From the NCBI GenBank assembly GCA_965235115.1, contig OZ249436.1:7690001-7754000 (forward strand): a stretch of 64,000 nucleotides of DNA. Direction: 5' to 3'. Source of the DNA: Laetmonice hystrix. Taxonomy: Eukaryota. The notes under the pieces are model-generated. The model was not told the origin of the DNA, ran no database searches, and saw only the letters and a program-made list of their open reading frames with translations. This document shows, in pieces, positions 53,801 through 64,000 of the stretch (positions are counted from its first letter, which is position 1; each line of letters opens with the position of its first letter). The position numbers and the translations under genes were made by a program.

Positions 53801-56800
53801 CGTTTGCAGCACCTCAATGCCAGGGATGGTTTGTTTGTCTCAGTTTTCTGAAAATGAGGGAAAGTGGACTTGCTAGGTTTTTCCCGATCACTGTAGATAT
53901 GTCCCAGATAATGTCATTTGTGCACGCTCAGCGTTACAACTCGTAACAGCTATTTATCGTGGTAGAAGAACGTGGCTGCCTCCGGACATTTACCAGAATA
54001 ACCACTAGCGGGGGGGGGGGGGGTGTCATGTCAAAGAATGAAGTCTCGGTAAGGCCGGCGTTAACAATCTGCTTATCCTGCAGGTCTCGGGCGTTTTTTT
54101 AACATTTCCCATTTACAATAAATTTTTTAACTACAGATGATTAATGCCAGGGTACATAAGAAACGAGCGTCGTCCCTCCTCCCGTCTGAGGGCGGTGGGA
54201 ACCATACTAACAGAATGCATGCCAGACATCGGATGATGTTTGAACATAGGCGTACCTTAAAGTCATTCTCCTGGCACCGATCACATCGATTTTCCTCACA
54301 CCTGCCATGAGAAGACCGCGGTGACATTCTCACAGATCGTGGAGGAGGTCGGTCTACAAAAACTGACAGGAGTGGAGGGAAACAAGAGAAACGCCGCCAT
54401 TCTGGCATGTCGCGAATCTAAGCAAAACTCGCCTTCAAAAGTTCCTTTGCCTATTGTATAAGATTGTTTTGAAACGAACTCCCTGTACATATATTGTCTC
54501 GACCTGGCCCAAGGCGGTATCATTGTTCAGTGCGGGGCGCTTATTGAACGCCACTCACACAGTCAACTTTATGGCCCTTCTCTACAACTTTATGGTAACT
54601 GTTGACACGACATGGAACATCTCCAGTATACTATCAGATTCTTCAGGCTTCCTTGTTATCATTCCATTCTGTGAGAATGTTTGAAGGTACCAACATAACT
54701 GATATGAATGACGACACTTGCAGACTGACAGACAAAAGCCTCTGATATATATATGGATCCAATAAAATGGCATGCACTGCCTCGGAGATTTGTAAGACCG
54801 GTAAATGCGTAGGTGTTTTTCACTATTCAACTGTTACTAGTACTGATTCGCTGCTTCACGTTGTGTGGAGATTTGCAGAATCAGCTAGACGGTCTTGGTG
54901 ACCCTGATTGGGTGTGACCAACACGTCATGTGACTACCGGTAATTTTCAATGAGTTTCAGTTTCATATCATCCGCGTGCGTGTGACTCGCCACATGTACT
55001 CTCCCATGTACCGCGTGCTGACATTGAGGATCTGGGACAGAGCAATATACAGGTTCCACACAGGTCGCTGCGTCCCGTGTTACATGATCTTGACCACTTT
55101 TTGACCAGGGGTAAGAATGATCCTTAGCTCCACACCTGGCTGTTCGTAAGAGGCAACGAATGGGATGAGGGCTGGTTGAGTCTTGGATCCTTCCAGTACC
55201 ATTTCTCGTACTGGCCCTCTTCAGTGCTCCGTAACTGGATCATCAAAGGCGTGTCTAAAACAAGCATGTCCAAGCTATACCTGCGCGAATGGACATAGAA
55301 CCCTGCTTTTCCAATTTTCGAAAAGAGTAGGGGATTGCCACCCGGTGGAGGGTTTCTTTCCCCCTCCGTCCTCATCACCTCCCCGGGACTCTGGAAGGAA
55401 GTTATCATGAGTGAACGAGTGTGACGGTTTTATTCTTCCTCACTCACTCTTGACCAATCTCCAGTGCCCATCTCCATGCAGCAGACAGTAACACCATACT
55501 GATGAAACCAGGCTCCTGTTTCTAAAACATGATGTCCGTAATCAGCGAGCTAATTCGTCTCTCTGCTTAGTTAACCCTAGAAATGAGTTATTTTTAACCC
55601 ACTTGGACTTTGAGGAAGAGCCTTGCTGACACAGCACCGTTCAAAGAGAGACCTATCCTATTTTTGGGAAACTCCGCTATGGAAATCACCAGGATACAGG
55701 CACGATAAACCAGTGGCTATAAACTGGTGGTGGTGGGGGTTGGGGGAGTGGGGGAGGGACGAACACTAGCCCATAGCCTCCTCCTTTTAGTCGACGAACC
55801 TACATAAAACGGTCTTACTTGACTGCCCAACCCCTTGACAGATTTTCCATTTCACTGCATTGCCCCCGACCCCATCGTACCATTCCCTTTGTGACTTTTT
55901 AAATACCTGGTCTGAACAGTTTTGGTGCCATGCTGGTTGGAGCTAGCCATCTAGACTGACCTTTGATCCCAGTCCGGACACACTGAAACCAACATTCTTG
56001 TTGGTATTGAACATATAAGTTGAAGCAAATATTGGTAGTCAGATCAGCAGTGTACCCGGTACCTTTCGAAGCTGATCTTAAATATATTACAACTTGGCAA
56101 TAGCTAAAGTATTAATACAGCAATCAAGTAAATATGCCACCACAAAAAAAACAAAAAAGAAAAGAAAAAGGAGGAAAGAAAAAAACCTGTATCTCTCACA
56201 GGTGGAAGTTCTTCCAGATAGTATTAGTAGAATGCTAGATGAGTATTGCAGTGTCATTGGCCACTCACATGAGGTCAGGACGGTATCGGTGTATCACTTA
56301 CATGAGGTCAGGACGGTATCGGTGTATCACTTACATGAGGTCAGTACGGTATCGGTGTATCACTTACATGAGGTCAGGACGGTATCGGTGTATCACTTAC
56401 ATGAGGTCAGGACGGTATCGGTGTATCACTTACATGAGGTCAGGACGGTATCGGTGTATCACTTACATGAGGTCAGGACGGTATCGGTGTATCACTTACA
56501 TGAGGTCAGGACGGTATCGGTGTATCACTTACATGAGGTCAGGACGGTATCGGTGTATCACTTACATGAGGTCAGGACGGTATCGGTGTATCACTTACAT
56601 GAGGTCAGGATGGTATCGGTGTGTCACTTACATGAGGTCGGGACGGTATCGGTGTATCACTTACATGAGGTCAGGACGGTATCGGTGTATCACTTACATG
56701 AGGTCAGGACGGTATCGGTGTATCACTTACATGAGGTCAGGACGGTATCGGTGTATCACTTACATGAGGTCAGGACGGTATCGGTGTATCACTTACATGA

Positions 56801-57041
56801 GGTCAGGACGGTATCGGTGTATCACTTACATGAGGTCAGGACGGTATCGGTGTATCACTTACATGAGGTCAGGACGGTATCGGTGTATCACTTACATGAG
56901 GTCAGGACGGTATCGGTGTATCATGGCGCAGAATGCGAGCCCACTCTTCCAGGACGACGTCATGTTGGTGACGTTGACGTCCCGGTAACCCTCCACCTGC
57001 GCCTTGCACCATTGTTGTAACGCTTTCACCTTATGAGCCAT
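25990..57041 (-). CDS. MICALL1: MICAL-like protein (MICALL1/2 family): CH domain, half-LIM, Pro/Ser-rich linker, bMERB coiled coil; 10 coding exons, about 1488 aa
   Basis: Exons (minus): 57041-56896 ([13 protein letters not shown]...[24 protein letters not shown]), 46234-46186 ([16 protein letters not shown]), 44681-44540 ([42 protein letters not shown]), 39920-39808, 36142-32735 (3408 nt), 32566-32449, 30303-30127 ([22 protein letters not shown]...[13 protein letters not shown]), 29829-29715, 29310-29264, 26141-25990. They total 4467 nt in frame. CH + LIM + bMERB without a monooxygenase domain defines MICAL-like. An acceptor at 57084 implies an upstream non-coding exon. Confidence 0.9.
26510..26701. 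mobile_element. Short hAT-like MITE; second family member at 44930-45084
   Basis: TIRs cagggtttgccgcagg / cctgcaggaaaccctg; the related copy has cagggtttcttgcagg / tccaggaaaccctg. Confidence 0.55.
26705..27650. repeat. About 94-bp minisatellite, 10 copies, in the last MICAL-like intron
   Basis: Unit ctgatccagagtagtgatattctacatggtctacactgtgataactcaatcactaagtacccagcaaccagttcattgagtaagtataggctca. Confidence 0.95.
29154..29263 (-). CDS. Candidate alternative C-terminus of MICAL-like by intron read-through (Trp/Cys-cluster tail)
   Basis: Frame stays open past donor G|GTATGA at 29263: [36 protein letters not shown]. Confidence 0.4.
32300..32448 (-). CDS. Candidate alternative C-terminus of MICAL-like by intron read-through (tail-anchor transmembrane helix)
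   Basis: Frame stays open past donor G|GTATGA at 32448: [49 protein letters not shown]. Confidence 0.5.
40770..41370. repeat. 102-bp minisatellite, about 6 copies
   Basis: Unit aaccactcatctacagccttccgggagcaacctaataatatctatggcactactcgggctcactccaat...gacatcactgatca; it explains the repetitive ORF at 40813-41415. Confidence 0.95.
41863..43739. mobile_element. Non-autonomous DNA transposon with about 775-bp inverted arms, GGG...CCC termini and 4-bp TSD TCCT (Sola2-like signature)
   Basis: tcct|gggtcattccatgtgaaatcaccca ... tgggtgatttcacatggaatgaccc|tcct; arms 41863-42639 and 42969-43739 are near-identical inverted copies (mirror ORFs 42351-42563 + and 43045-43257 -). Confidence 0.9.
43770..43964. 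mobile_element. Palindromic MITE flanked by TTAA, Harbinger-like termini
   Basis: ttaa|gccgctttcacatgcatacggtgtgcgg ... ccgcacaccgtatgcatgtgaaagcggc|ttaa. The superfamily is uncertain because the TSD reading is ambiguous. Confidence 0.85.
46573..46886. repeat. 63-64 bp minisatellite, 5 copies
   Basis: Unit gtacttgcagtgagtgagttgtgtaaggaccgtacatgtggttacatgtattctcgtgtgcca. Confidence 0.95.
50017..50806. repeat. 71-74 bp minisatellite, 11 copies
   Basis: Unit ctggtcaagaatacacgacgtgccatacgatgatacagggagcttggggcccacacatgaagcaagggtaa. Confidence 0.95.
52715..52952. repeat. GC-rich degenerate tandem repeat
   Basis: Variable-length units built on ccgtcccaccggccgcccgcc; source of several overlapping Pro/Arg/Gly-rich ORFs. 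Confidence 0.85.
53644..53893. mobile_element. Tc1/mariner-type MITE with TA TSD
   Basis: ta|cagtgatctggaaaaaccta ... taggtttttcccgatcactg|ta. Confidence 0.8.
55125..55400 (+). mobile_element. Nin/Deu-domain SINE remnant
   Basis: catagaaccctgcttttccaattttcgaaaagagtagggg...gggtttctttcc resembles the conserved Nin/Deu SINE central domain (recognised from memory, not searched). Confidence 0.4.
56263..56922. repeat. 33-bp minisatellite made of the end of MICAL-like coding exon 1 plus its splice donor; 20 donor copies
   Basis: Unit tcacttacatgaggtcaggacggtatcggtgta, which reads ...CCTGACCTCAT|GTAAGTG on the minus strand. Donors recur every 33 nt from 56895 to 56268; the last one is GTGAGT. Confidence 0.96.
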
Positions 57042-57434
57042 GGTGAGTCTGGCAGGCGACGTTCACTTCACATGTTTGGTATCCTGAAACCGGCAACATC
57101 ACAGTTAGTCAATAATCGCAATATTCTCACCATCTCTATAAGGTAGAAGTGTCATGTGTTACTATTCTTTTATCATTGTCAGCTCGGTCATAGGCTTTCG
57201 TCTGCTCCACTATAATCATTGACATCAAAAACATGTCTTCTGTGTAAGCTGAGATGGTCTAAGTTATTCAAGCGTTTTCATCCGGTAGACCTGTCTGTGG
57301 TCTACTCTAGCGACAGCCCCACCCTGCAGTACAGGTAACACATACCGGTAGTAACAAAGTCCCGTACAGTCAGAGTGAAACTGACTGAGCATCTGTCATT
57401 ACCAGGGAGTTTAGCTCCATTTGGGTTGGAATTG

Positions 57435-58247
57435 GGATTTGAATTGAGGTTTTATGCCTTCACAATAGCCAGGGTCACATCACGGCGGCCAGTTTTACTG
57501 GTAGAGAAAACCGGCATAACCGGTGAAAACCACCGACCTTACAGCAGGTAACTGACAAACTGTCTCATATAAACCACCGACCTTACAGCAGGCAACTGAC
57601 AAACTCTCTCATATAAACCACCGACCTTACAGCAGGTAACTGACAAACTGTCTCATATAAGCCACCGACCTTACAGCAGGTAACTGACAAACTGTCTCAT
57701 ATAATAAACCACCGACCTTACAGCAGGCAACTGACAAACTCTCTCATATAAACCACCGACCTTACAGCAGGTAACTGACCTTACAGCAGGTAACTGACAA
57801 ACTGTCTCATATAAACCACCGACCTTACAGCAGGTAACTGACAAACTGTCTCATATAAACCACCGACCTTACAGCAGGTAACTGACAAACTGTCTCATAT
57901 AAGCCACCGACCTTACAGCAGGTAACTGACAAACTCTCTCATATAAACCACCGACCTTACAGCAGGTAACTGACAAACTCTCTCATATAAACCACCGACC
58001 TTACAGCAGGTAACTGACAAACTGTCTCATATAATTATAAACCACCGACCTTACAGCAGGTAACTGACAAACTATCTCATATAAACCACCGACCTTACAG
58101 CAGGTAACTGACAAACTGTCTCATATAAACCACCGACCTTACAGCAGGTAACTGACAAACCTTCTCACATCTGGCTCAAAGGGGAATCGATGGCGAAAGG
58201 CCCCGTGGTCACGAGCCGGAGGATTAGACCACTGACTGAGACGCCCC
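57435..58247 (-). mobile_element. Meta/MESC-type tRNA-derived SINE with its core amplified into a 44-bp array (about 14 copies, 57527-58168)
   Basis: Minus strand reads a tRNA-like head GGGGCGTCTCAGTCAGTGGTCTAA, core GTTTGTCAGTTACCTGCTGTAAGGTCGGTGGTTTTCACCGGTTATGCCGGTTTTCTCTACCAGTAAAACTGGCCGCCGTGATGTGAC, and tail GGCATAAAACCTCAATTCAAATC. Confidence 0.7.
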
Positions 58248-60720
58248 AGGTCCATTTGGGAGACGCTCTCTTTAACTCCATCTCCCTTCCCCATGTTGGC
58301 AACTTACACACAACTTAAGTGACTTCTAGGTACATACAAATAAATTGAGAGCTTTATGATATTTACTGATATTATGATAAACATTCGCAAAGAAACAAGC
58401 CACATTCCTGACAAATCCTCCATACCTACTTATAGCAACTGCCAACACTGATACATAATGTCCGTTTGATCCCAGCTAACTGTGAGTAACAAACAGAGAA
58501 TGGGCACCCCGCCATCATTATACCAGGACATGGCATATATAGGGCCTATAGCATTGTCAACCGTAACGGAACCAAGATATTTAGGGCAACGCATGGTAGA
58601 TACGCTCCCTGGCCTTTCACTGGCCTATAACAGGTTAAATGGGCCACAACTGGTGCTAACAGTTCACCCCCTCACTATATATCACGACCTCAAAAATATA
58701 GAATCAAGCACTACCATTTACGGTTTGATAAGTAACTTATGGTAGGTGTCTTTCAATGATGTTACATTCTTTGTTCAGGATAAATTGTGCATGGAGCCCT
58801 GCGCCTGCTCTGCAGCACCTAGCGGATACAGGGCACCAGTTCCAATGTCAGTTCACCTGTACTGATGATATCAGATGGAGGCCTTGCTATAAACAGCTCC
58901 AAGTCGGGAATTTCATACAGATTCCTGACAGTGTACAACTTCCGCCACTTCCAGCTACACATAGCATCATTCTTCTCGGTGACAGAACTCACACATCTCA
59001 GATGTCTGAGTTCATACTCATACATACCGGTATATAAGGTCAATACTATACCAGTGATTACAAAGGTTTTACTTTTAGTCTAGTATCTATAATATATCTG
59101 TCTAACGGCAGAAAATAACAAATTCATACATTTACTACAGCAAAAGGATCTAATAGCGCCATTTCAGAATTTTTACATTCCGTATTTTAAACTTAACGTT
59201 TCTGATTGGTTCGTCTACTTAGGCCAGCCAATCAGAGCAAGATATTTACGAACTCTTCCCAGAAGCATTAAGTTTGAACAAGATAGTTTTATCAGACCTG
59301 GCACAGGCCTTGGTCTAAAATCCTTGCGGTTAGGTATGCGACCCTTTCGTGTCCACCGCTCATGAGACTCACAAATCAGGTTAATCCCTTCAAGACCAAC
59401 GTCCAAAGTACAGAATAAATCCACGTCTTTGAGTGGTTTGGGCGCCTTTAGAAAGTCCAAGTTGATTAAGTGAATCAGAGTCCGTTAACTGAACCAAGCT
59501 TCAAGTATACGACGGTTAACTACGCATACCATAACCTCACAGATGTGGTTAGATGGACTAGGGTATATCGTCCACTCTCATTGAACTTCTCGCAATGATA
59601 AATGGACAGGAGGCTTAATATCCGTGTACCATATTTGCTAACCATCTCTCGACTTACAAAGTTAGGACTCCTTTCAGTATCCTAAACATAACCTACACGC
59701 CAGTTGAACAAGTCTGCCTCGGTCAATCTATACAGTTGTACTTGGAACAATTACAGATAAGTACTCTTACCCGGTAGTCCTACTTCTCGACTATCACATG
59801 AAACAGACACACGATCTGACAGCAGACGTAATTTTGAACAGACCAACGACAACCCATCCCGGGGTAGTCCGAGAGGCTCTGACCTATCTAACGATTGGAG
59901 GGCACCGGAGTGGGATAGAGTGTCAGGAGTGCCATTTATACTTTTATACTTTACAAATGTTTAAGGGCATATTGTTCATTACACTAACCGCATACATACC
60001 AGTATCCTTTAAGTAATGTTTCATGTTTAAAACAACCAAATACTCGCACACACCTAACTAGAAGGACATATTATTATACAAGAGCATCTCGATCTAATCA
60101 CGGGGCGGGCAGCTATAACTCGATGTATCTCTAGCGCAGAACGAATTTCCAGATCTTAAGTTCGTAAAAATCTGTGCAGAACTCAAAGTATAGAGTCTAC
60201 TGTTTGATAACAAAACCTCAAGTCAAGGTTCTGTACTGCGCCTACAGTGACCATAAAGCGCCACAACCTAACGCCAAATTACAGTTGGCGAGTGTTAAGG
60301 TCTACGTTTTCCATGATTCCCGACCATACAGATCTACATGTCAATGATATGCCCTAATTACACGGCCTAGTTGTAAAGTGGTATGGTCTAATGTAATATT
60401 ATGTTACCAATGATGACTCTGGGAATATACGATTGTTTGTGACCTATTGAAAATGTACCCCCAGGATAATCTATAAGTCGGAAGCCCTAATGATATATAC
60501 AATTATAAACCACCTAACGTTGCTGACCGTTCGGATCAGCTGTCTAGACAAAAGCGAAGGTCAAGATGAAGGCCTCCGGCTGGGAGTACGGTTAGGAACA
60601 TCTCCCGATGTTTTCACAATAACCTTGACGACATGCCCAGACTTCTCTATCGATTCCAGGATTTTATTGGCTGATCTTAGGCTTTGGGACTTGTCTGCGA
60701 CAATCTATGGCTCGTTATAT

Positions 60721-62649
60721 GGGCCATTTTCACAGAAACGTGCCAGTAACGGTGAAGACAATTAAAAAATAAAACTTATTTTGTTTTTGGCCAAAGACAG
60801 GTGAATCCCTCTCCTTTCAATGATATATAAGATTCTACGGAGCTGCAACACTGGAAACTGCAAATTTTTCATAAAGATTGAAAATTAAGTTTTACACGGA
60901 TGTCTTTACCGTTACCATAGTAACAGGAAAGACAGGTGTGTCTTTACCGTTACCATGAAAAGTTAACAAACTTTAGTAGGCCTAGAAGGGAGGTCAAATG
61001 AAACAACTATGAGGTTATTCTGACCTGTTAGAGGTAATATAATACTGTGTCAAGTTGATTGATGCCAAGGCTTTGCATTGAAACAGTAAGAAACTTAACA
61101 TGTAACGTAACCAGTAACGGTAAAGGGATGTCTTTACCGTTACTGAATAACGGTAAAGACATGTCTTTACCGTTACTCTCATTACCTGGATAAAATATTA
61201 ACTACTAACTTCATGAATATTATAAAACTTTTTTATTTAAACACAAATAGGTAAAAGGAATAATCATAACAGGACTCCCTGAATGATTAAAAATTAATAG
61301 AAGGAGCATACTGGCATAATATCGCCTGCATGACCCTCATCATTTCTGCTTTTGATTTAGGTTTTGAACCACCGGCACGAGGGCATCCTGGATAACTTTA
61401 ATCTGGAAAAGATAGGAAATTTAAAAGTTACACCATGTGATATTTTATATTTTGTTATAATTTTTTTTTACAACATATACATTTCTTATAATTTCAGAAA
61501 TACAATGACGATGAATAAGTTGTTTACACCTGGAGATGGGAATACTAACTTTTAAAAATTATCATTTAGCATTTGATAATGATAAACCTCCAAATAAGTG
61601 GAATCATAGCCTAGAAAATTAGTCAGAATTACTTTCTAACAATCCTGTTGGTCTACTCATTTAACATTTTTAGCACATGGAAAAGACCTAAATTCTAAAG
61701 TTCTGAATCAATTTGCCCTTTGACCTTGAAAATTTTTGTTAATGTGCCTTTATCAGTCCACCAGTGTTTTCCAAGATCATACACTGATCCAGAGTCCAGC
61801 AATGTTAAAAAAAAATCTGGATTATATTAATTATGTCTTCACCGTTACCATCTTGTCTCTGCCGTTACCTCTGAAAGGTAATGGTAAAGACAAATTTCAG
61901 TAACGGTAAAGACACCTTTTGAATTCTACAAAATGACTTTTTGCCATGTGCCCCCTAAATTTCTGTTCAGATAAGGACAATAAAACCTGTTTAATTGATA
62001 AATGTTTGTTACAAAGATTCTATGAGTTTTCATACATTTATTGATGGTAACGGTAAAGACGATTAATTAATGAGACATAATAGATTACGTAAACTTACCT
62101 GACAGATTCTTACAACAGTTTAAAACATAAGTTTGACTTTGAAGACAATATGGCTTCCTTATATCCTGGTCTTGTTCTGTGTACTGTAGCAGTACCATCT
62201 GTTGAGTTTAGGTGAAGTTATCTTGTAGCTTGTTGTTTATGGTAACGGTAAAGACATGGGTCTTTCAAAACTCCGGCCAAAGTATCCATGGCAGCAAAAT
62301 TATGCAATAATCGCAAGAGAGTAATAAATATTCCTTTTCGTGAAGGCATAAGTAATTGTTATTATGGAAACAGAGATTATAGTTCCACCAATAAAGCCAA
62401 TTGCGACATTGCAAAGGTTTTGTAATGGAGGTTCCACTTTTGCCAGGTAACGGTATGGACATTTTTGCCATGTTAATATCTGGCATTTGTGTTTGGTATA
62501 GCAACGAACTATAAAACAATTTTCTTTTTAGTGGAAAAGTCATTTTTTATTAATTTCTCCCCCAAAAATTATGTTATGATGCTTCAGTTGACCAAAAAAG
62601 GCATGGACACTTATTACTTATAATGTGCACACTTTGCTGAAAATGGCCC
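60721..62649. mobile_element. Non-autonomous DNA transposon with GGG...CCC termini and 4-bp TSD ATAT (Sola2-like), inserted in a 39-bp satellite
   Basis: ctcgttatat|gggccattttca ... tgaaaatggccc|atatcattggg; removing the element and one ATAT restores the satellite junction ctcgttatatcattggg. The interior carries roughly a dozen gtaacggtaaagac/gtctttaccgttac motifs in both orientations. Confidence 0.88.
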
Positions 62650-63548
62650 ATATCATTGGGACTTGTCTGCGACAATCTATGGCTCGTTATATCATTGGGA
62701 CTTGTCTGCGACAATCTATGGCTCGTTATATCATTGGGACTTGTCTGCGACAATCTATGGCTCGTTATATCATTGGGACTTGTCTGCGACAATCTATGGC
62801 TCGTTATATCATTGGGACTTGTCTGCGACAATCTATGGCTCGTTATATCATTGGGACTTGTCTGCGACAATCTATGGCTCGTTATATCATTGGGACTTGT
62901 CTGCGACAATCTATGGCTCGTTATATCATTGGGACTTGTCTGCGACAATCTATGGCTCGTTATATCATTGGGACTTGTCTGCGACATCTATGGCTCGTTA
63001 TATCATTGGGACTTGTCTGCGACATCTATGGCTCGTTATATCATTGGGACTTGTCTGCGACATCTATGGCTCGTTATATCATTGGGACTTGTCTGCGACA
63101 TCTATGGCTCGTTATATCATTGGGACTTGTCTGCGACATCTATGGCTCGTTATATCATTGGGACTTGTCTGCGACATCTATGGCTCGTTATATCATTGGG
63201 ACTTGTCTGCGACAATCTATGGCTCGTTATATCATTATTGGGACTTGTCTGCGACATCTATGGCTCGTTATATCATTGGGACTTGTCTGCGACAATCTAT
63301 GGCTCGTTATATCATTGGGACTTGTCTGCGACATCTATGGCTCGTTATATCATTGGGACTTGTCTGCGACAATCTATGGCTCGTTATATCATTGGGACTT
63401 GTCTGCGACAATCTATGGCTCGTTATATCATTATTGGGACTTGTCTGCGACATCTATGGCTCGTTATATCATTGGGACTTGTCTGCGACATCTATGGCTC
63501 GTTATATCATTGGGACTTGTCTGCGACAATCTATGGCTCGTTATATCA
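62650..63548. repeat. 38-39 bp minisatellite, about 23 copies, with one stranded unit at 60684-60720
   Basis: Unit atcattgggacttgtctgcgacaatctatggctcgttat. Confidence 0.96.
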
Positions 63549-64000
63549 CTGTTCCATAATACTACAGACTGACTGATCATTTAGGATCAGAACTAAACTC
63601 TCTGGAGATATTCTGTACTGCTAATAACCGGATATATATGAAAATCATTCATTACATTCCGCCACATTCCGGTAAACACGTTTTGACGATGCCTTAATAA
63701 TAAGTGAGCCAGAATGATCAATACGCGCCCATTTGACATGAATTAGTATTTGCTAATGCGTTATCATATGAACTTGATAAAGCGAGATTAGGGCCTGGCT
63801 ATAAACACCTTGACTGATTCCAAACTGGACCACATCTTTCATATTTGCCGAAACAGTAAATCTTTCTAACATTCACACAATATAAACACATTTATCAGTA
63901 ACTTATCTGGATATGAACCTAGCCGCACACATGATCACTGAACATTATCAGACTGGAATGATTAATAATATTGTAATCTATTTTAACCATCTGGATAAAG

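Noticed and set aside
56094..57020. Long plus-strand ORFs of 308 and 249 aa
   Set aside because: They are translations of the 33-bp array, antisense to the real MICAL-like exon.
3665..63548. CRISPR-like appearance of regularly spaced repeats
   Set aside because: Units are head-to-tail with no unique spacers, there are no cas genes, and the context is a spliced eukaryotic locus.
62574..63576. Overlapping ORFs of up to about 315 aa
   Set aside because: Stop-free frames of the 38-39 bp satellite; no domain content.

Overview
AT-rich genomic DNA from an intron-rich invertebrate animal; the Meta/MESC- and Nin/Deu-type SINE remnants fit a marine invertebrate bilaterian. Four spliced protein-coding genes were reconstructed by hand from splice sites and reading frames: the first two coding exons of unkempt (UNK, minus strand), a complete 16-exon medium-chain acyl-CoA synthetase (ACSM3/4-like, 586 aa, minus), a complete 7-exon UPF0193/EVG1 gene (C22orf23-like, 231 aa, plus) and a 10-exon MICAL-like gene (about 1488 aa, minus; CH domain, half-LIM, long low-complexity exon, bMERB domain). 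Non-coding DNA holds more than 15 minisatellite arrays and several non-autonomous DNA transposons. Main observations: (1) tandem arrays sit on splice donors, acceptors and stop codons, leaving one productive site among many decoys with in-frame stops; (2) MICAL-like has three candidate C-terminal membrane anchors (transmembrane tail, Cys-cluster tail, polybasic tail) selectable by splicing versus intron read-through; (3) it carries 11 SILK/PILK motifs and only half a LIM domain; (4) EVG1 and MICAL-like are tail-to-tail, as human C22orf23 and MICALL1 are. All calls come from manual reading; no database search was run.
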